IMG/VR virus record: IMGVR_UViG_3300035544_000029
Location: 1-48,387 of that record
Source: a virus
Lineage: Duplodnaviria; Caudoviricetes
Length of the DNA stretch: 48,387 nt
Strand: one strand, 5' to 3'
Under the pieces are notes generated by a model. It was not told the origin of the DNA. It did not search any database and worked only from the letters and a program-made list of their open reading frames with translations. The position numbers and the translations under genes were made by a program. Positions within the stretch are counted from its first letter, which is position 1; every line of letters begins with the position of its first letter. This document shows positions 27,901 to 36,582 of the stretch, piece by piece.

Positions 27901-28208
27901 TTTCTTTATCATTAAGTGGAAACGCCTATTTTTCTGGCAACGTAGGCATTAGTACAACCTCCCCCACCGAAGCCTTAGACGTTAACGGGAACATCCTCGC
28001 CTCCGGCGAAGTAACCGCCTACTCCCATGTAAACACAAGAGATAGATTTAGGATATATAACAGCTCAGGAGCATTAAAATGGAGTATAGGAAATGATGAT
28101 ACGACAGATGACTTAGTTTTTTACAATGCTTCAGGAGTTAAACAGGCCTCACTAAGTCAGACAGGAGATTTAACGGCAGTAGGAGAGGTTACTGCTTATG
28201 GGACGTGA
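24939..28208 (+). CDS. tail fibre / receptor-binding protein
   Basis: 1089 aa; coiled-coil repeats, AQDTAD.KRRVF..P..PYD.GDLW, WHSGNDGSGSGLDADKLD, GEVTAY repeats. Confidence 0.85.
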   Translation: MPKVEKYIESPRVSTTDFVLGTNDEGEVKRFPGKYFITSLVNELQYLALWQDERDARIEADDLLGIRIDNVELAYGTRITDLENGLAGYKIEVDDMLYGPGGIEESYQSAIVQKADEINLSVQQELYGTGGIQESYRSEISVESDSIISTVNNTLYGPGGIEESYTSQITQLSNSIDLSIFQNGELQAGLLIEKINNDPSRIALTADVIQIDGTTSFSSNYDPSEKTRTFRGSVVIPPYDNNDEWFADDGNHYICINPKSSIESYDENDWILATRYVGSDEINDFVVAEIDPLIGDIQQQIDKQLVYYFNDSTNPIDTTGWGATEVYNKWYQPDTGNAYEWLSDGSGGYEWVAITDDAVIELLERASQAQDTADEKRRVFVVEPPATPTTPYDEGDLWVQGIDGDILTCVNTKATGDYVDGDFAKKNKYTDDTEALKKSTRYIYGTDPSLDWENAADHVADEWVVHAEFNETTSSWTFWTGYPTLPTELDGNYIKTNFVWDGTEWDIDDTQIDGGRIITNKVFAENIYASGATLGGFNITENYLNLGTQINWNPNSATEGLIMGLDTADSKYKFFVGNNTDHLIWNGSNLIISGFALIGDSSSTTTLNDLAQWNDIFEIVNPGQVNEYLKVKAPLASTGEIAAWSGDSEDFPPSIWDSMRIASSTYVGGVKLSSDFNIATDGTLSINGDIGSGFDETSNYSPSGIWNFTGTLNYGGNAVATQTWANGQFHPLGGSSTNNFETNDLVIHGTVNHWVGDVITVDDARLQLNRTQDAATVASGIDIYNGTSVVSSLLYSTSGRWQIGGQNIATESWVGNGYLPLSGGVLSEGLTVGSSSNYPQIVFGGDNRILFRAGDLLRYRYNGTDDGIIWHSGNDGSGSGLDADKLDNLDSSQFLRSDTNDVVNGQLDFNAKVRSASRYGMFGNYDSNYVQGIWSIDTGYSISKTNNDFGSQFGITYAHTNAGTSGLKKPITGWGHQILFTSNGERNISLSLSGNAYFSGNVGISTTSPTEALDVNGNILASGEVTAYSHVNTRDRFRIYNSSGALKWSIGNDDTTDDLVFYNASGVKQASLSQTGDLTAVGEVTAYGT

Positions 28209-28260
28209 TAATTAAGACCCTCTAATTGGAGGGGCAACAACAATAAACAAATTAAAAAAT

Positions 28261-29289
28261 ATGGCACTACCTACTACGAATCTAACCATGACGGCAGTAA
28301 GGAATGCTATTGGTGAATCTTCCAATAAGCTATCTGAATTGGTATTGTCTCCAAAAGTAAATCAATTTGGATTTAACGTGCCGGAAAGTATTCAATTAAA
28401 TACATTCTGGGGAAAAACTGTTGCCGAAAGAACGGACACTGCATTTAATTATCCGTTGGGATTATTCAGGGCTTACGATCACGATTGGATTGCTTGGTCG
28501 AAGCCAATCCCTGTAACATCAGATGTTGATGTTTCTCAGGATTTAACAACTCTAATCGGGCTTAGGAAGGCAGCACCATTTTTAGAAACAAAACCTTATG
28601 TGGCAGTAGCTCATAATTTCACTGTTGAATTTTCCAGAACAGATAACTTTAATAAAGGAGGAGGAGTTGAAATATTTACAGGCAATGTTACAGATAGCTT
28701 TGAAGTTGTATTCAGCAAGCAATATCCTCCCGATGGAGGTGTAGCGTTAAATGTAGGGGATACGTATTATTTAAATATTATTCACAATTCATCCCCTGAT
28801 CGAAGATGGTTTATTGAGGGTTCAAGTCTATCGCAAGCCAACAGCGCAGGGGATAATTATATTTATCAACAAGAAGTCCCTGCGGGTGGAGAGGTTTCTT
28901 ACTCCTTAAATATAATAAGTGAGTTTTATGTTGCATCAGAAAATTATAGTGACACCTTGAAATATCAAGCAGTGGCATCCTTGACTTGCAGGCTTGTTAA
29001 GACAATAGACGGGGTAGCCCAGACAGGTGCAACGGCTAATTTGACGCTTGAAATGCACACTGAAACAACTACTGGCCTAATAGGGAATGCAGTTGATATT
29101 TCAAAAAGTATTTCTACCGATCAGGACACCACGTTTAGTTTGCAGGCAAGTTACCCCAAAAACAGTGATACAGAGATTGGAGACACCTTATACATTGAAT
29201 TGTATTCTACTTATTTCAGCGTTGGGGATAACAACATATACAGCACTCGCACGGGCGTAGTTATACAGGACGGCCCTGCGCCAATATAA
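28261..29289 (+). CDS. tail-fibre-associated structural protein
   Basis: MALPTTNLTMTAVRNAIGE...LG.FR.YDH N-terminus; beta-rich remainder. Confidence 0.65.
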   Translation: MALPTTNLTMTAVRNAIGESSNKLSELVLSPKVNQFGFNVPESIQLNTFWGKTVAERTDTAFNYPLGLFRAYDHDWIAWSKPIPVTSDVDVSQDLTTLIGLRKAAPFLETKPYVAVAHNFTVEFSRTDNFNKGGGVEIFTGNVTDSFEVVFSKQYPPDGGVALNVGDTYYLNIIHNSSPDRRWFIEGSSLSQANSAGDNYIYQQEVPAGGEVSYSLNIISEFYVASENYSDTLKYQAVASLTCRLVKTIDGVAQTGATANLTLEMHTETTTGLIGNAVDISKSISTDQDTTFSLQASYPKNSDTEIGDTLYIELYSTYFSVGDNNIYSTRTGVVIQDGPAPI

Positions 29290-29312
29290 TATTTCACTTA
29301 AAACAAAAAACA

Positions 29313-29453
29313 ATGAGACGTAAAGACGAAAAAACAGGCCAAGGACAATCAGGAGGGAAAAACAATTTTACCCCTGTAAATAAAACGAACTACACCCCTT
29401 ACATTATAGGCGGTGTAATTCTATTAGCCATTTTGGCAGCAATCATTTTTTAA
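29313..29453 (+). CDS. small membrane peptide (not in the ORF track)
   Basis: MRRKDEK...YIIGGVILLAILAAIIF*. Confidence 0.45.
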   Translation: MRRKDEKTGQGQSGGKNNFTPVNKTNYTPYIIGGVILLAILAAIIF

Positions 29454-29494
29454 CCACACCCCCTCTTTTATTAGAGGGGCTTTAAAACTAAATC

Positions 29495-29713
29495 ATGGAT
29501 AATCAAAAACAAACATTCACACACGTAGCCATTCCCGTAGAGCTATTCAGAACAATTAGAATTAGCATGGAGAATGCAGTATTTCCTAATCAGTCTTTTG
29601 GTCAAGTGGCTAAAATGCTTGGAGAAATAGATAAGAGTGCTAAAGGAGTGTCTATTAATGAAGACCCTCAAATCGAAGAAAAAGAGAAGAAAACAAGCGG
29701 GTCTAAAAAATAA
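29495..29713 (+). CDS. hypothetical protein
   Basis: ORF in operon. Confidence 0.55.
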   Translation: MDNQKQTFTHVAIPVELFRTIRISMENAVFPNQSFGQVAKMLGEIDKSAKGVSINEDPQIEEKEKKTSGSKK

Positions 29714-29719
29714 GCAACT

Positions 29720-30526
29720 ATGCCAAGTTATAGCAAGTACCCAATAGCGATAGAATACACAAAAGACGACTTCCTCACTGGCAAGCTGCCAAATGGGGAG
29801 GTGCGTCACTTCACTTCTGACGCTGTGTTGGAGTTTATGAAAACATGGCTTCCTGATTTGGAAGTTAGCTTTAATAATGTGGAATCTATTACATTCGACA
29901 CAACGAATGAGGCTACACCAGCCATTGGAGAAATAGCTTGGAATGATTCTGACGGGACGATAGTTATTGGAGTAGTTGGAGGGTCTATCAAAATCCAAAC
30001 GATCGATAAGGAGATTCACGCTGCTACGACTAAGACAACCCCTATTGATACAGACGAATGGGGTGTATGGGATAGCGTCAATAGTGCATTAAGAAAAGTA
30101 ACATGGGCTAACATTAAATCTACATTAAAAACTTATTTTGATACTATTTATCAAGCTGTTTTAGTTTCTGGAACTAATATTAAAACTATCAATTCTGAGA
30201 GTATTTTAGGGAGTGGTAATATTGAAATTGATGCAGATAATACAATAACAATTCAAACCAAAACCGCCGCGTTCAATTTAGTCTCAGGCGATGAGGAAAC
30301 TTATATTCGATACACAGGTGCAAGTGATATAAATGTTACCGTTCCAAACACATTAAGAATAGGTCAGCCGATAACAATTTGGCAGGCCGGGGCAGGAGTA
30401 ATTACGTTAGTCGGCGATACCAGTGTAGTATTAAACGGTGATCTAAAAACAGCAGGACAAAATAGAGGCATTCAAATTATGAAAGTAGCAGATAATTTAT
30501 TTGATGTGATAGGAGGTGTAGCATGA
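29720..30526 (+). CDS. tail fibre protein (second)
   Basis: N-terminus similar to the 24939 gene; TWANIK.TLKTYFD, LVSGTNIKTIN.ESILGSGNI. Confidence 0.75.
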   Translation: MPSYSKYPIAIEYTKDDFLTGKLPNGEVRHFTSDAVLEFMKTWLPDLEVSFNNVESITFDTTNEATPAIGEIAWNDSDGTIVIGVVGGSIKIQTIDKEIHAATTKTTPIDTDEWGVWDSVNSALRKVTWANIKSTLKTYFDTIYQAVLVSGTNIKTINSESILGSGNIEIDADNTITIQTKTAAFNLVSGDEETYIRYTGASDINVTVPNTLRIGQPITIWQAGAGVITLVGDTSVVLNGDLKTAGQNRGIQIMKVADNLFDVIGGVA

Positions 30527-31194
30527 GCAGACTTTTAACGACTGGGATATTGCAGCAGGCAAGGAATTTAAGTCATCAAAAACAGTATGCGCTTAGTTTT
30601 GATGGGAATGATTATGTTGAAATTAATAATAATGGAATCTTTGATTTGCAACTTCCTTTTACTATTGAAATAAAAATGGTTGAAGCAATAGATGCTATTG
30701 ACAACTCAGTGCTATTGGAAAATAATCAGAATAACGGATATTCTATTCAACCTTATAGAGATACTTTAAAAATAAACTTAGGGGGGGTTGCTTTGCCGGA
30801 TCCTTCCTGTCCACGTCCTGAGAAAGATGGGTTGTTAAGAATGATTACGTTCACAATTAATGGTATAGACAATAATAATGTATATATTGATGGGATTGAT
30901 AACACTTTAGTTTCATCAACAGATAACCTTCCAATATATAGTTTTCAACCATTATACATTGGTTCAAGATTAGGGAGTTATGGTCATCGTGGATTAATAT
31001 CAGATGTTAGAATATGGAGCATAGCTCGTACCCAGCAACAAATTCAAGACAACTTCAATAAAAAACTAACAGGCAATGAACCTGGGCTTGTAGCATATTA
31101 TGATTTTAATGAAGGAGAAGGAAATATTTTATACGACAAGACACCCAATGCAAATCACGGCACAATATACGGAGCTACATGGGTAGAAATATAA
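30523..31194 (+). CDS. LamG/concanavalin-A-like domain protein
   Basis: ALSFDG.DYVE...G.ISDVRIWS.ART...LVAYYDFNEG.G..LYD...N.GTIYGATW. Confidence 0.85.
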   Translation: MSRLLTTGILQQARNLSHQKQYALSFDGNDYVEINNNGIFDLQLPFTIEIKMVEAIDAIDNSVLLENNQNNGYSIQPYRDTLKINLGGVALPDPSCPRPEKDGLLRMITFTINGIDNNNVYIDGIDNTLVSSTDNLPIYSFQPLYIGSRLGSYGHRGLISDVRIWSIARTQQQIQDNFNKKLTGNEPGLVAYYDFNEGEGNILYDKTPNANHGTIYGATWVEI

Positions 31195-31204
31195 CTATAC
31201 AATC

Positions 31205-31675
31205 ATGACGATCCTATACAACACAACAACAGAAAAATTAGGCAACAGGTACGACCCTCAATATTTAGTTGACGGAAAGCCCGGAGTACTGCCTGATCAC
31301 ATTGTAGAACTTGCAATAGTCGATAATCCACGACCTGAAACAACCGAAACGCAAACGGTATCACAGAAGTGGGTAATTGACATTGAACAGCGAGAATACA
31401 GGCAGGAATGGACTGTAAGAGAGCTGACAAAGAGGGAACTTGCACCTACTGTGATAACAAAAGCACAAGGGCTGTTAATGCTTAAAGCAATCGGACTGTA
31501 CGATCAATTCAAAGCCGACCTTGCATCGGCTACCGAAGAAGAACAAATCATTTTCGATGCCACAAAAGAGTGGGATATCAACAACAGCCTGATAAATAAA
31601 ATGCAAATTGCTTTTGGAATGTCGGATGATGAGAAGTGTGATTTCTTTATTAATGCGAGTAAAATAATTGTGTGA
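31205..31675 (+). CDS. tail fibre assembly/chaperone-like protein
   Basis: position; IT..QG...L...GL...W......D.FF..A pattern. Confidence 0.55.
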   Translation: MTILYNTTTEKLGNRYDPQYLVDGKPGVLPDHIVELAIVDNPRPETTETQTVSQKWVIDIEQREYRQEWTVRELTKRELAPTVITKAQGLLMLKAIGLYDQFKADLASATEEEQIIFDATKEWDINNSLINKMQIAFGMSDDEKCDFFINASKIIV

Positions 31676-31691
31676 CAAACATTAAGGGCTG

Positions 31692-31985
31692 ATGTACAAC
31701 CATAGAAACCATAGGAATATGACCCCACAAGACAAGCAACTAATTGACGAGATGATACGTGGTATAAGAGCTGAAATTAGCTCTCGTGACGAAGTGATTA
31801 TGCTTCACCTAACGCAGATATTGGAACAAACAAAAAAAACTAATGGGAGAGTGTCAAAGCTTGAATTAGAGACAGGAATTAGCAGATGGTTTGAACGAAA
31901 GCCTATTCGCTTCACCCTGTTTGTTATATTCTTTTTAGCATTGTCCGTAGAGGGCATTAGGTCATTTATAGAAGGATTATTGTAA
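31692..31985 (+). CDS. holin-like membrane protein
   Basis: EQTKKTNGRVSKLE followed by a C-terminal TM. Confidence 0.55.
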   Translation: MYNHRNHRNMTPQDKQLIDEMIRGIRAEISSRDEVIMLHLTQILEQTKKTNGRVSKLELETGISRWFERKPIRFTLFVIFFLALSVEGIRSFIEGLL

Positions 31986-32004
31986 TATTTTAAACAAATG
32001 AGTT

Positions 32005-32586
32005 ATGACTAAGATTAAGATTATTATTGTAATTGCATTAGTGGCAGCAATAGGGTATGTTATTACCCTCCAATCACAGGTAGCCAAGCTGAAAGACGAG
32101 CGTGATAGGATTAATAACAACTATCAGGAACAGGTAGAGGGGCTAAATAAAAGCCTTTCTTTTACTAAGCAGGAGCTACGTTCATACCTCGAACAAAACA
32201 AGGAATTAGACTCTTTGTTAGAGGCTGAAAAGATTAAGCCCGCCAAGATAAAATACATTACGAGGGTTAAGCATCATTACCACACCGATACAGTTGAAGT
32301 TAAAATAGGTGAAAAAGTGCAAAATAATGACTATCTTTACCCTATTGAATATGACAATGGCTGTTTATTTTTAGAGGGCGAGATGGACGTTAAAACGCCA
32401 AATTTGACGCTTAACAGGATTGAATATAACGACCAACAAGAACACATAGCCTACTTGAAGAAAAAAGACACGGGGAGACGGTTTTTATGGATATTCCCCA
32501 TACGCAAAGAATACTTAGAACTGCACACGAACAGCAAATGTGGAGAGAATACTGTTGAACAAATTAATATTATAGAAGATGACTAA
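32005..32586 (+). CDS. spanin-like membrane-anchored coiled-coil protein
   Basis: N-terminal TM, coiled coil, K.FLW motif; lysis-region context. Confidence 0.55.
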   Translation: MTKIKIIIVIALVAAIGYVITLQSQVAKLKDERDRINNNYQEQVEGLNKSLSFTKQELRSYLEQNKELDSLLEAEKIKPAKIKYITRVKHHYHTDTVEVKIGEKVQNNDYLYPIEYDNGCLFLEGEMDVKTPNLTLNRIEYNDQQEHIAYLKKKDTGRRFLWIFPIRKEYLELHTNSKCGENTVEQINIIEDD

Positions 32587-32836
32587 AGTTAGAGCTATTA
32601 CTTATTCTATCGGGAATAAGACGTATTTGCGTAGCGTAGGCTACTCTATCGAAACAGAAGTTGACGGGATGAAGACCCGCTTTACCATTTCTGAAATCAA
32701 TGAAATTAAGCACAAAAAAGAGACATGGTATGAGATATGGATAAAGAATGCTGACAATGAATTGGCGTTGTGGAAGCGTATTTTTCCTGACAGCATTGAG
32801 ATTGAATATGACAACTGTGATTTATTGACATTTTAA
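32579..32836 (+). CDS. hypothetical protein
   Basis: Y.IWI......LWK...IEY pattern. Confidence 0.6.
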   Translation: MTKVRAITYSIGNKTYLRSVGYSIETEVDGMKTRFTISEINEIKHKKETWYEIWIKNADNELALWKRIFPDSIEIEYDNCDLLTF

Positions 32837-32846
32837 ATAGAGGGTC

Positions 32847-33275
32847 ATGCTTAAACTTAAATTATTACGATTAGAATTAACAGAAGAGTACACGGAGGGG
32901 GTTCTTATTAATGAGAATATAAATGCTATTATTTGTGACACCCTCGAAGACAGAGTAAGAGATATTAATGCCGATGGGGATTTGAATGATGAAGATGAGG
33001 GTAAAGTTTATGGAGAGACAGCTATCCCATACGGCTCGTATTCTATTAAAGTAACATGGTCTCCGAAATTCAAGAGAAACATGGTATTGGTAGAAGATGT
33101 TCCGCACTTTTCCGGTATTAGGATGCACTGGGCGAGAACGGCCAAAAATCTTTTGGGGTGCATTGGTGTTGGAGAAAAATACCAAGACGGGAAGCTACGA
33201 AACAGCAATATGACCAATAAATTGGTTGAATTGTTAATGGAGCATGGAAACGAGGGTCAAATCACAATAGAATAG
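32847..33275 (+). CDS. DUF5675-like putative endolysin/peptidase
   Basis: CDTLED...KVYGETAIP.G.Y...SPKF...VP.FSGIRMH......GCI.VG. Confidence 0.8.
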   Translation: MLKLKLLRLELTEEYTEGVLINENINAIICDTLEDRVRDINADGDLNDEDEGKVYGETAIPYGSYSIKVTWSPKFKRNMVLVEDVPHFSGIRMHWARTAKNLLGCIGVGEKYQDGKLRNSNMTNKLVELLMEHGNEGQITIE

Positions 33276-33277
33276 AT

Positions 33278-33877
33278 ATGAAACCCATAAGAGATATTAT
33301 AGTAAGAGTAGAGAAGACCCACAAACAGACCATTAAGACCGAGAGTGGATTTGAATTATTATTGGACGAGAACATAAAGCAAGTCAAAGACACTATTAGG
33401 CATGGGGAGGTGGTGGCCGTTCCAGACGATATGCCCTGGGATGTAAGGGTTGGGGATGAACTGTATTTCCATCACGGCATTGTAGGAGAGACTGTTTTAA
33501 ATGACCAACCAAATTTAGAAAGCCAGTATTTGATAGACAGAGAAAAACATCTGTTTACTGTTCCAACAGACAAATATTGGCCCATGGCTTATGCAGTTCT
33601 TAGGGACGGAAAGTTTCAGGCTCTTAATGGCGTATGTTTTGTAAGGCCGATTATTCATAAGAAGTACAGCACGGATTTATATATCCCAAACAACGAAGAA
33701 GAATTGAAGAGTATTGGGGAGATGGTGTACTCAAATGACAACTTACGAGAGCAGGGGGTTGATGACGGAACAAAGGTTGTATTTTCAAAGGATTCTGAAT
33801 ATAAGTTTGACATTAATGGAGAAACCCTCTATGCGATGTTCGACAGATGGATTTTAGGCATATATGAAAGCCAATAA
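33278..33877 (+). CDS. tandem GroES-like domain protein
   Basis: TESG..L...GEVVAVP...VGDELYFHH, then FVRPI...GE.VY...G.KVVF..DSEY.F.I.GE.LY.M; lies just upstream of the terminase. Confidence 0.65.
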   Translation: MKPIRDIIVRVEKTHKQTIKTESGFELLLDENIKQVKDTIRHGEVVAVPDDMPWDVRVGDELYFHHGIVGETVLNDQPNLESQYLIDREKHLFTVPTDKYWPMAYAVLRDGKFQALNGVCFVRPIIHKKYSTDLYIPNNEEELKSIGEMVYSNDNLREQGVDDGTKVVFSKDSEYKFDINGETLYAMFDRWILGIYESQ

Positions 33878-36536
33878 TAAAAACAGGATAGGTTCGTTAA
33901 GAAAGTCTATATCAGAGATTATAGAAGTCTTGGAGGCTCCGTCTCATTTCAAAGACGACTATACTGGTACTGACATTAAAAGCTCGGTAAAGGTAAAGAA
34001 AAATGCCTTTGTCCGGGCTAAAAATTTATTGGCAAATCTCCAAACAATACAAACAGAGGACGCACGAAACTCAGACGCTCCGTGGTATGGCGAGACCATA
34101 CGCAAGCTAAACTCTGCCGCTGAATCAGCTATGACAGAGCTTTCTGATATTATGAAGAAGCCTGTTAACACACACGAGAGCGGAACGTCTGTTAATAGTG
34201 CTATTGATGCCAAGCAGGAAGCCTATGACTACATGAATGAGATATTTTATGGAGTTATAGAGCTAAATAGCGTGTTGGAGTCCATAGAAAACGGGGAGGG
34301 TGTCAAATCATTAAACACCAACGATTACAAGATTGGATTGGCTGAAGACCATGCTTATCGTGGTTTTTATGCTGAAAAGAAAAGAAAGATTAACCCTGGG
34401 TACAATGAGAAATTGGACGCCGTAGTTATTTCGTATGACGGTACGGTAGGGGAGATTATTGAATGCTATGGGTTGCGAATAGCCTTACCTAAGATTCCTA
34501 AGAAAACCCATTTTGAGAATTATCGTAAGAAATCCCATCTTCAATATTGGGAGCGCCCCAAGCTACCAGAGGGTCTTGCCAAAGAAACAGCACACCTCTA
34601 CCTAGACACCATAGAAGAAGAGTTCAGGCGTAGGGATGAAGGCTATTGGTTTATGAATAATGGAGAACCAGAGTACATTACAGGGTCTCATTATATGCTG
34701 TTGGCACATTGTAAGGCCGATGCAGAGTCAGGGGCTTATTTCCACTTCAGAAAAGCACACAGAGACTTGTTTTATTTCCTTGAAGCATCATGGGTGGATA
34801 ATCGGGCCTTGGGGATAATGTTAGGCAAGACAAGGCGTACAGGAGCGACACATGTGGCCGATGCCTTTGCTCTTACAAAAGCTATTAGCACCCGTGGAGG
34901 TAAATTTGGTATGACTTCCAAGAAAAACACGGATGCCAAACGTGCTTTTGAGAAACTATCTTTGATGTTTCGGGAATTACCGTTTTTCTTTAAGCCCCTC
35001 AACACGGGGGAAGGATTCTCAAACTCTTTGAATTTCTCCACACCATCGAAACGCACAACAAAGAACTCCCAAGGGAAAGTAACGAAGTATGATGACCTCA
35101 ATACTATTATAGACTACGAAGCAACGTCAGAGGACAGTTATGACGGTAGTGCATTGAATTTCTATATTGCTGATGAGTTTTCCAAGTGGCCGGAGGGAGA
35201 AGATATTCTTTCGCATTGGAGTAAGGTTAAGAAGACCCTCTTATCGGGTGGAATCATCCGTGGAAAGGCGTTCATCCTTTCAACCGTAGAGGGTGTTACA
35301 GGCGAAGCTGCTGACAGCGATTCAGCAAAGAACGGAGACAGATTTAAGGGGTTATTTTACGATTCAGACCTTACTACAAGGAATGAGAAAACACGCAAGA
35401 CGAAGTCCGGACTGTATAAGATTTTTATTTCAGCCTTGGATAATTTCGGAGGGTTTATTGACAAATACGGAAATTGCATAGCAGAATCTCCTGAGAAGCC
35501 AATAGAGGGGGTAAATGGGGAAAGCATCACTATCGGCGTTAACGAACATCTACACAACGAATGGGAAGCATACAAGAATGACCCAGCTCGCTTGAATGAT
35601 GAGATGCGTAAAGACCCTATAACAGAAGACGATATGTTTCGCATAGCATCAAAAGACTCTATGTTTAACGTTATCCGTCTGCAAGACCAGATAGACTACA
35701 ATGACAATTTCTATCTATCAGAGGGTCACAAAGGATATATTCAAGGTAATTTCAGGTGGATAGACCAAGACCCAGAAAAGGGAGCAGAATTTGTAGAACA
35801 GGTAAATGGTAGGTTTCAAATAATGCCATGGCTGTTAGATTATCCGTTTGCCAATGAGTTTGTCGTCAGGGGAGGTAAGAAAGCTCCCAAACATCCCGAT
35901 TTAGGGTGTCTCGGAATTGACCCATACAAAGTTAATAGGGCAAAGGACGGAAGAGGTTCTAAGGGGGCTATTATAGGATATATTGGAGCTAACCCATACG
36001 AGGGTCTGCCAAAGGAGCAGTTTTTCCTTGTTTACCTTGCCAGACCTCAATCAAAGGATATTTTCTTTGAAGATGCGTTAATGGCAATGACATATTGTAG
36101 TATGCAGGGATTGATTGAGAATAACATTCCTGAATTACTAACGGTCATGTATAAGAGGGGCTTAACAAAATACTCCATGCGAAGACCGGATAGGAACAAG
36201 CTGAGTTCTGATGAGTTGATGTATGGGGGTATTCCGGCCAACGATACAAACCTATTAGCCAACCAGGCATCATTCCTTGAAAAGCATATTAACGACCACA
36301 TAGGATATGCAAGTAATAACGACCATAGACCGATTGGGGAAATAGGGACTTGTCCGTTCAACGACTTGCTGTCTGATTGGATTAAGTTTGACCTGTTAAA
36401 CAGAACAAAATATGATGCCACTGTGGCGGCCTGTTTGGCCGTATATGGGACACAAAAATATTTATTGAAGAAAAGCAAGGCATGGGAGAAGCACAATACA
36501 AGCTTTAAAGCTTCAGACTTCTATGATTTTGTTTAA
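33864..36536 (+). CDS. terL: terminase large subunit with an N-terminal extension
   Basis: YITG.HY, KTRRTGAT (Walker A), YIADEFSKW (Walker B), GIDPY nuclease motif, IENN, YDATVA. Confidence 0.92.
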   Translation: MKANNKNRIGSLRKSISEIIEVLEAPSHFKDDYTGTDIKSSVKVKKNAFVRAKNLLANLQTIQTEDARNSDAPWYGETIRKLNSAAESAMTELSDIMKKPVNTHESGTSVNSAIDAKQEAYDYMNEIFYGVIELNSVLESIENGEGVKSLNTNDYKIGLAEDHAYRGFYAEKKRKINPGYNEKLDAVVISYDGTVGEIIECYGLRIALPKIPKKTHFENYRKKSHLQYWERPKLPEGLAKETAHLYLDTIEEEFRRRDEGYWFMNNGEPEYITGSHYMLLAHCKADAESGAYFHFRKAHRDLFYFLEASWVDNRALGIMLGKTRRTGATHVADAFALTKAISTRGGKFGMTSKKNTDAKRAFEKLSLMFRELPFFFKPLNTGEGFSNSLNFSTPSKRTTKNSQGKVTKYDDLNTIIDYEATSEDSYDGSALNFYIADEFSKWPEGEDILSHWSKVKKTLLSGGIIRGKAFILSTVEGVTGEAADSDSAKNGDRFKGLFYDSDLTTRNEKTRKTKSGLYKIFISALDNFGGFIDKYGNCIAESPEKPIEGVNGESITIGVNEHLHNEWEAYKNDPARLNDEMRKDPITEDDMFRIASKDSMFNVIRLQDQIDYNDNFYLSEGHKGYIQGNFRWIDQDPEKGAEFVEQVNGRFQIMPWLLDYPFANEFVVRGGKKAPKHPDLGCLGIDPYKVNRAKDGRGSKGAIIGYIGANPYEGLPKEQFFLVYLARPQSKDIFFEDALMAMTYCSMQGLIENNIPELLTVMYKRGLTKYSMRRPDRNKLSSDELMYGGIPANDTNLLANQASFLEKHINDHIGYASNNDHRPIGEIGTCPFNDLLSDWIKFDLLNRTKYDATVAACLAVYGTQKYLLKKSKAWEKHNTSFKASDFYDFV

Positions 36537-36582
36537 ATTTGCAAAAAAGAGTTAATTTTAGTATATTTCAAAAAATTGTTGT

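Noticed and set aside
24939-31194. Diversity-generating retroelement acting on tail fibres
   Set aside because: No reverse transcriptase and no TR/VR pair with adenine-specific differences was seen.
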